Assembly: GCA_963716745.1 (NCBI GenBank)
Contig: OY970320.1
Span: 1,184,001 to 1,248,000, forward strand
Direction: 5' to 3'
DNA length: 64,000 bases
Origin: an uncultured Gemmatimonadaceae bacterium
Lineage (GTDB): Bacteria; Gemmatimonadota; Gemmatimonadetes; Gemmatimonadales; Gemmatimonadaceae
The position numbers were made by a program, and so were the translations under genes. Each line of letters begins with the position of its first letter. The first letter of the stretch is position 1. This document shows, one piece after another, positions 62,415 to 64,000 of this stretch. The notes under the pieces were generated by a model. The model ran no database searches. It was not told the origin of the DNA and saw nothing but the letters and a program-made list of their open reading frames with translations.

Positions 62415-64000
62415 ATGCCGCGAGCCCAGCGCAAGGAAGAGATCCTCCGCTCCGAGCTGCCGCCCACGCTCCCGTTGATGGCGTTGCGGAGCACGATCGT
62501 TTATCCGCTGGGAACCATCGCCGTGCAGATGGGGGCGCCCGAGAATCTCTCGATCATCCGCGCGTTCGATGAACCGGGACTCATCGTCGGACTGTTCGTG
62601 GCCGGCGGCGATCACGATGAGAACGTCGATCCCGAGACGTTCGTCAGCCGCGTGGGCGTCGCGGCCCGCGTGCACGAACGGATCAATCTGCCCGGGGACA
62701 CGATCCAGATCACGCTCCAAGGCCTTCGTCGCATCGTGGTGGACGACATCACGCAGCGCGAGCCCTTCCCCGTCGCGAAGATCCATCCCGCGCGCGAGAC
62801 ACCGCTCGATCCGATCGAGGGCGAGGAGCTCATGGCGCGCCTCGTGTCCGCCGCCGAGACGCTCGCCGAGCTCGTGGACCGCATTCCCGACGAAGTGCCG
62901 TCGATCCTGAAGATGAACATGTCCGATCCGGGCCGCTTCGCCGATCTCGCGGCCACCAACATGAACTTCCGGATCGCCGACAAGGACGAAGTACTGCAGC
63001 GCCTCGACATCGCGGAGCGCATCCGCTTCGTGCTCTCGCGCCTCGAGCGCGAAGTAGCGAAGGCGCGCGTGATGGAAGACATCAAGCGCCAGACCGAGGT
63101 GAAGATCGAGCAGCACCAGCGCGAGTTCTATCTGCGCCAGCAGTTGCGCGCCATCCAGGCCGAGCTCGGCGAGGCCGATCCGGGCGAGAAGGACGCGATC
63201 GACATCTTCAAGAAGATCGAAGACGCGAAACTCCCCGAGAAGGTGGCGGCCGAGGCGCGGCGCGAGACGGAGCGCATGCGCATGCTGTCGCCGGCGAGCA
63301 GCGAGTACCAGGTGATCCGCACGTATCTCGATTGGGTGCTCTCGCTGCCGTGGCACGCGCGCTCGGGCGCGGAGCAGATCGAGCTCGCCAAAGTGCAGGA
63401 AGCGCTCGACGGCCGGCACTACGGCCTGAAAGAGGCGAAGGAGCGGATCATCGAATATCTCGCCGTGCGCAAGCTGCGCGGCGGCGATCCGCTCGGTCCC
63501 ATCCTCTGCTTCGTCGGGTCGCCCGGCACCGGCAAGACATCGCTCGGCGAGGCGATCGCGAAGGCGATCGGCCGCGAGTTCTATCGCATCTCCGTGGGTG
63601 GCGTGCGCGATGAGGCCGAGATCCGCGGCCACCGGCGCACGTACGTCGGCGCGATGCCGGGGCTCGTCGTGCAGGCGATGCGGCGCGTCGCGCTGCGGGA
63701 TCCGGTGCTCATGATCGACGAGATCGACAAGATGACGTCGGGCGGCATGAGCGGCGATCCGACGGCCGCGATGCTCGAGGTGCTCGATCCGTCGCAGAAC
63801 CACTCGTTCGTGGACCATTACATCAATCTGCCCTTCGATCTCTCGGGCGTGCTGTTCATCTGCACGGCGAACAATCTCTTCGACATTCCCGCGCCGCTGC
63901 GCGACCGCCTCGAGGTGATCCAGATCGCCGGCTACACGATCGAAGAGAAGGTCGAGATCGCGTGGCGGTATCTGTTGCCGAAGCTCTTCGAGGAGCACGG
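62415..64000 (+). CDS. lon: Lon protease (partial, runs off window end)
   Basis: GGAG RBS + ATG; MPRAQRKEE..LPLMALR, QREFYLRQQL, HYGLKEAKERI, GSPGTGKTS, DEAEIRGHRRTYVGAMPG, DEIDK, LEVLDPSQN. Confidence 0.96.
   Translation, partial: MPRAQRKEEILRSELPPTLPLMALRSTIVYPLGTIAVQMGAPENLSIIRAFDEPGLIVGLFVAGGDHDENVDPETFVSRVGVAARVHERINLPGDTIQITLQGLRRIVVDDITQREPFPVAKIHPARETPLDPIEGEELMARLVSAAETLAELVDRIPDEVPSILKMNMSDPGRFADLAATNMNFRIADKDEVLQRLDIAERIRFVLSRLEREVAKARVMEDIKRQTEVKIEQHQREFYLRQQLRAIQAELGEADPGEKDAIDIFKKIEDAKLPEKVAAEARRETERMRMLSPASSEYQVIRTYLDWVLSLPWHARSGAEQIELAKVQEALDGRHYGLKEAKERIIEYLAVRKLRGGDPLGPILCFVGSPGTGKTSLGEAIAKAIGREFYRISVGGVRDEAEIRGHRRTYVGAMPGLVVQAMRRVALRDPVLMIDEIDKMTSGGMSGDPTAAMLEVLDPSQNHSFVDHYINLPFDLSGVLFICTANNLFDIPAPLRDRLEVIQIAGYTIEEKVEIAWRYLLPKLFEEH

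Noticed and set aside
62382..63998. 538-aa minus-strand ORF
   Set aside because: Antisense to lon, which is open on the plus strand to the window edge

Overview
GC-rich bacterial chromosome segment. Gene content (Hanks kinases with TolB-N/TPR tails, two PP2C phosphatases, FHA protein, TPR-HD-GYP, many secreted hypotheticals) is most suggestive of Gemmatimonadota; this is an inference. Housekeeping genes: uvrA, purE, holB, moaC, rnhB, rplS, trmD, rimM, rpsP, ffh, a partial lon, tRNA-Asn(GTT) and tRNA-Lys(TTT). At least seven genes are split by an apparent single-base insertion, most likely long-read assembly error. No integrase, transposase, phage gene or CRISPR array is visible. Best leads: (1) a sigma54-promoter-driven cluster (lipoprotein, stand-alone TPR protein, sensor-less sigma54 activator, TPR-HD-GYP, REC-GGDEF) with four phased enhancer-like repeats; (2) a DUF692/MNIO-like enzyme with remodelled metal ligands plus an RRE-like partner but no adjacent precursor, next to a cupredoxin operon; (3) about 15 long intergenic foldback elements in several families (7-, 9-, 13- and 21-nt units), many abutting or supplying stop codons, two of which bracket a peptidase gene in inverted orientation; (4) a secreted PHM-like copper monooxygenase candidate; (5) PurE with a histone H1-like N-terminal tail. 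All family assignments are from motif recognition, not database searches.
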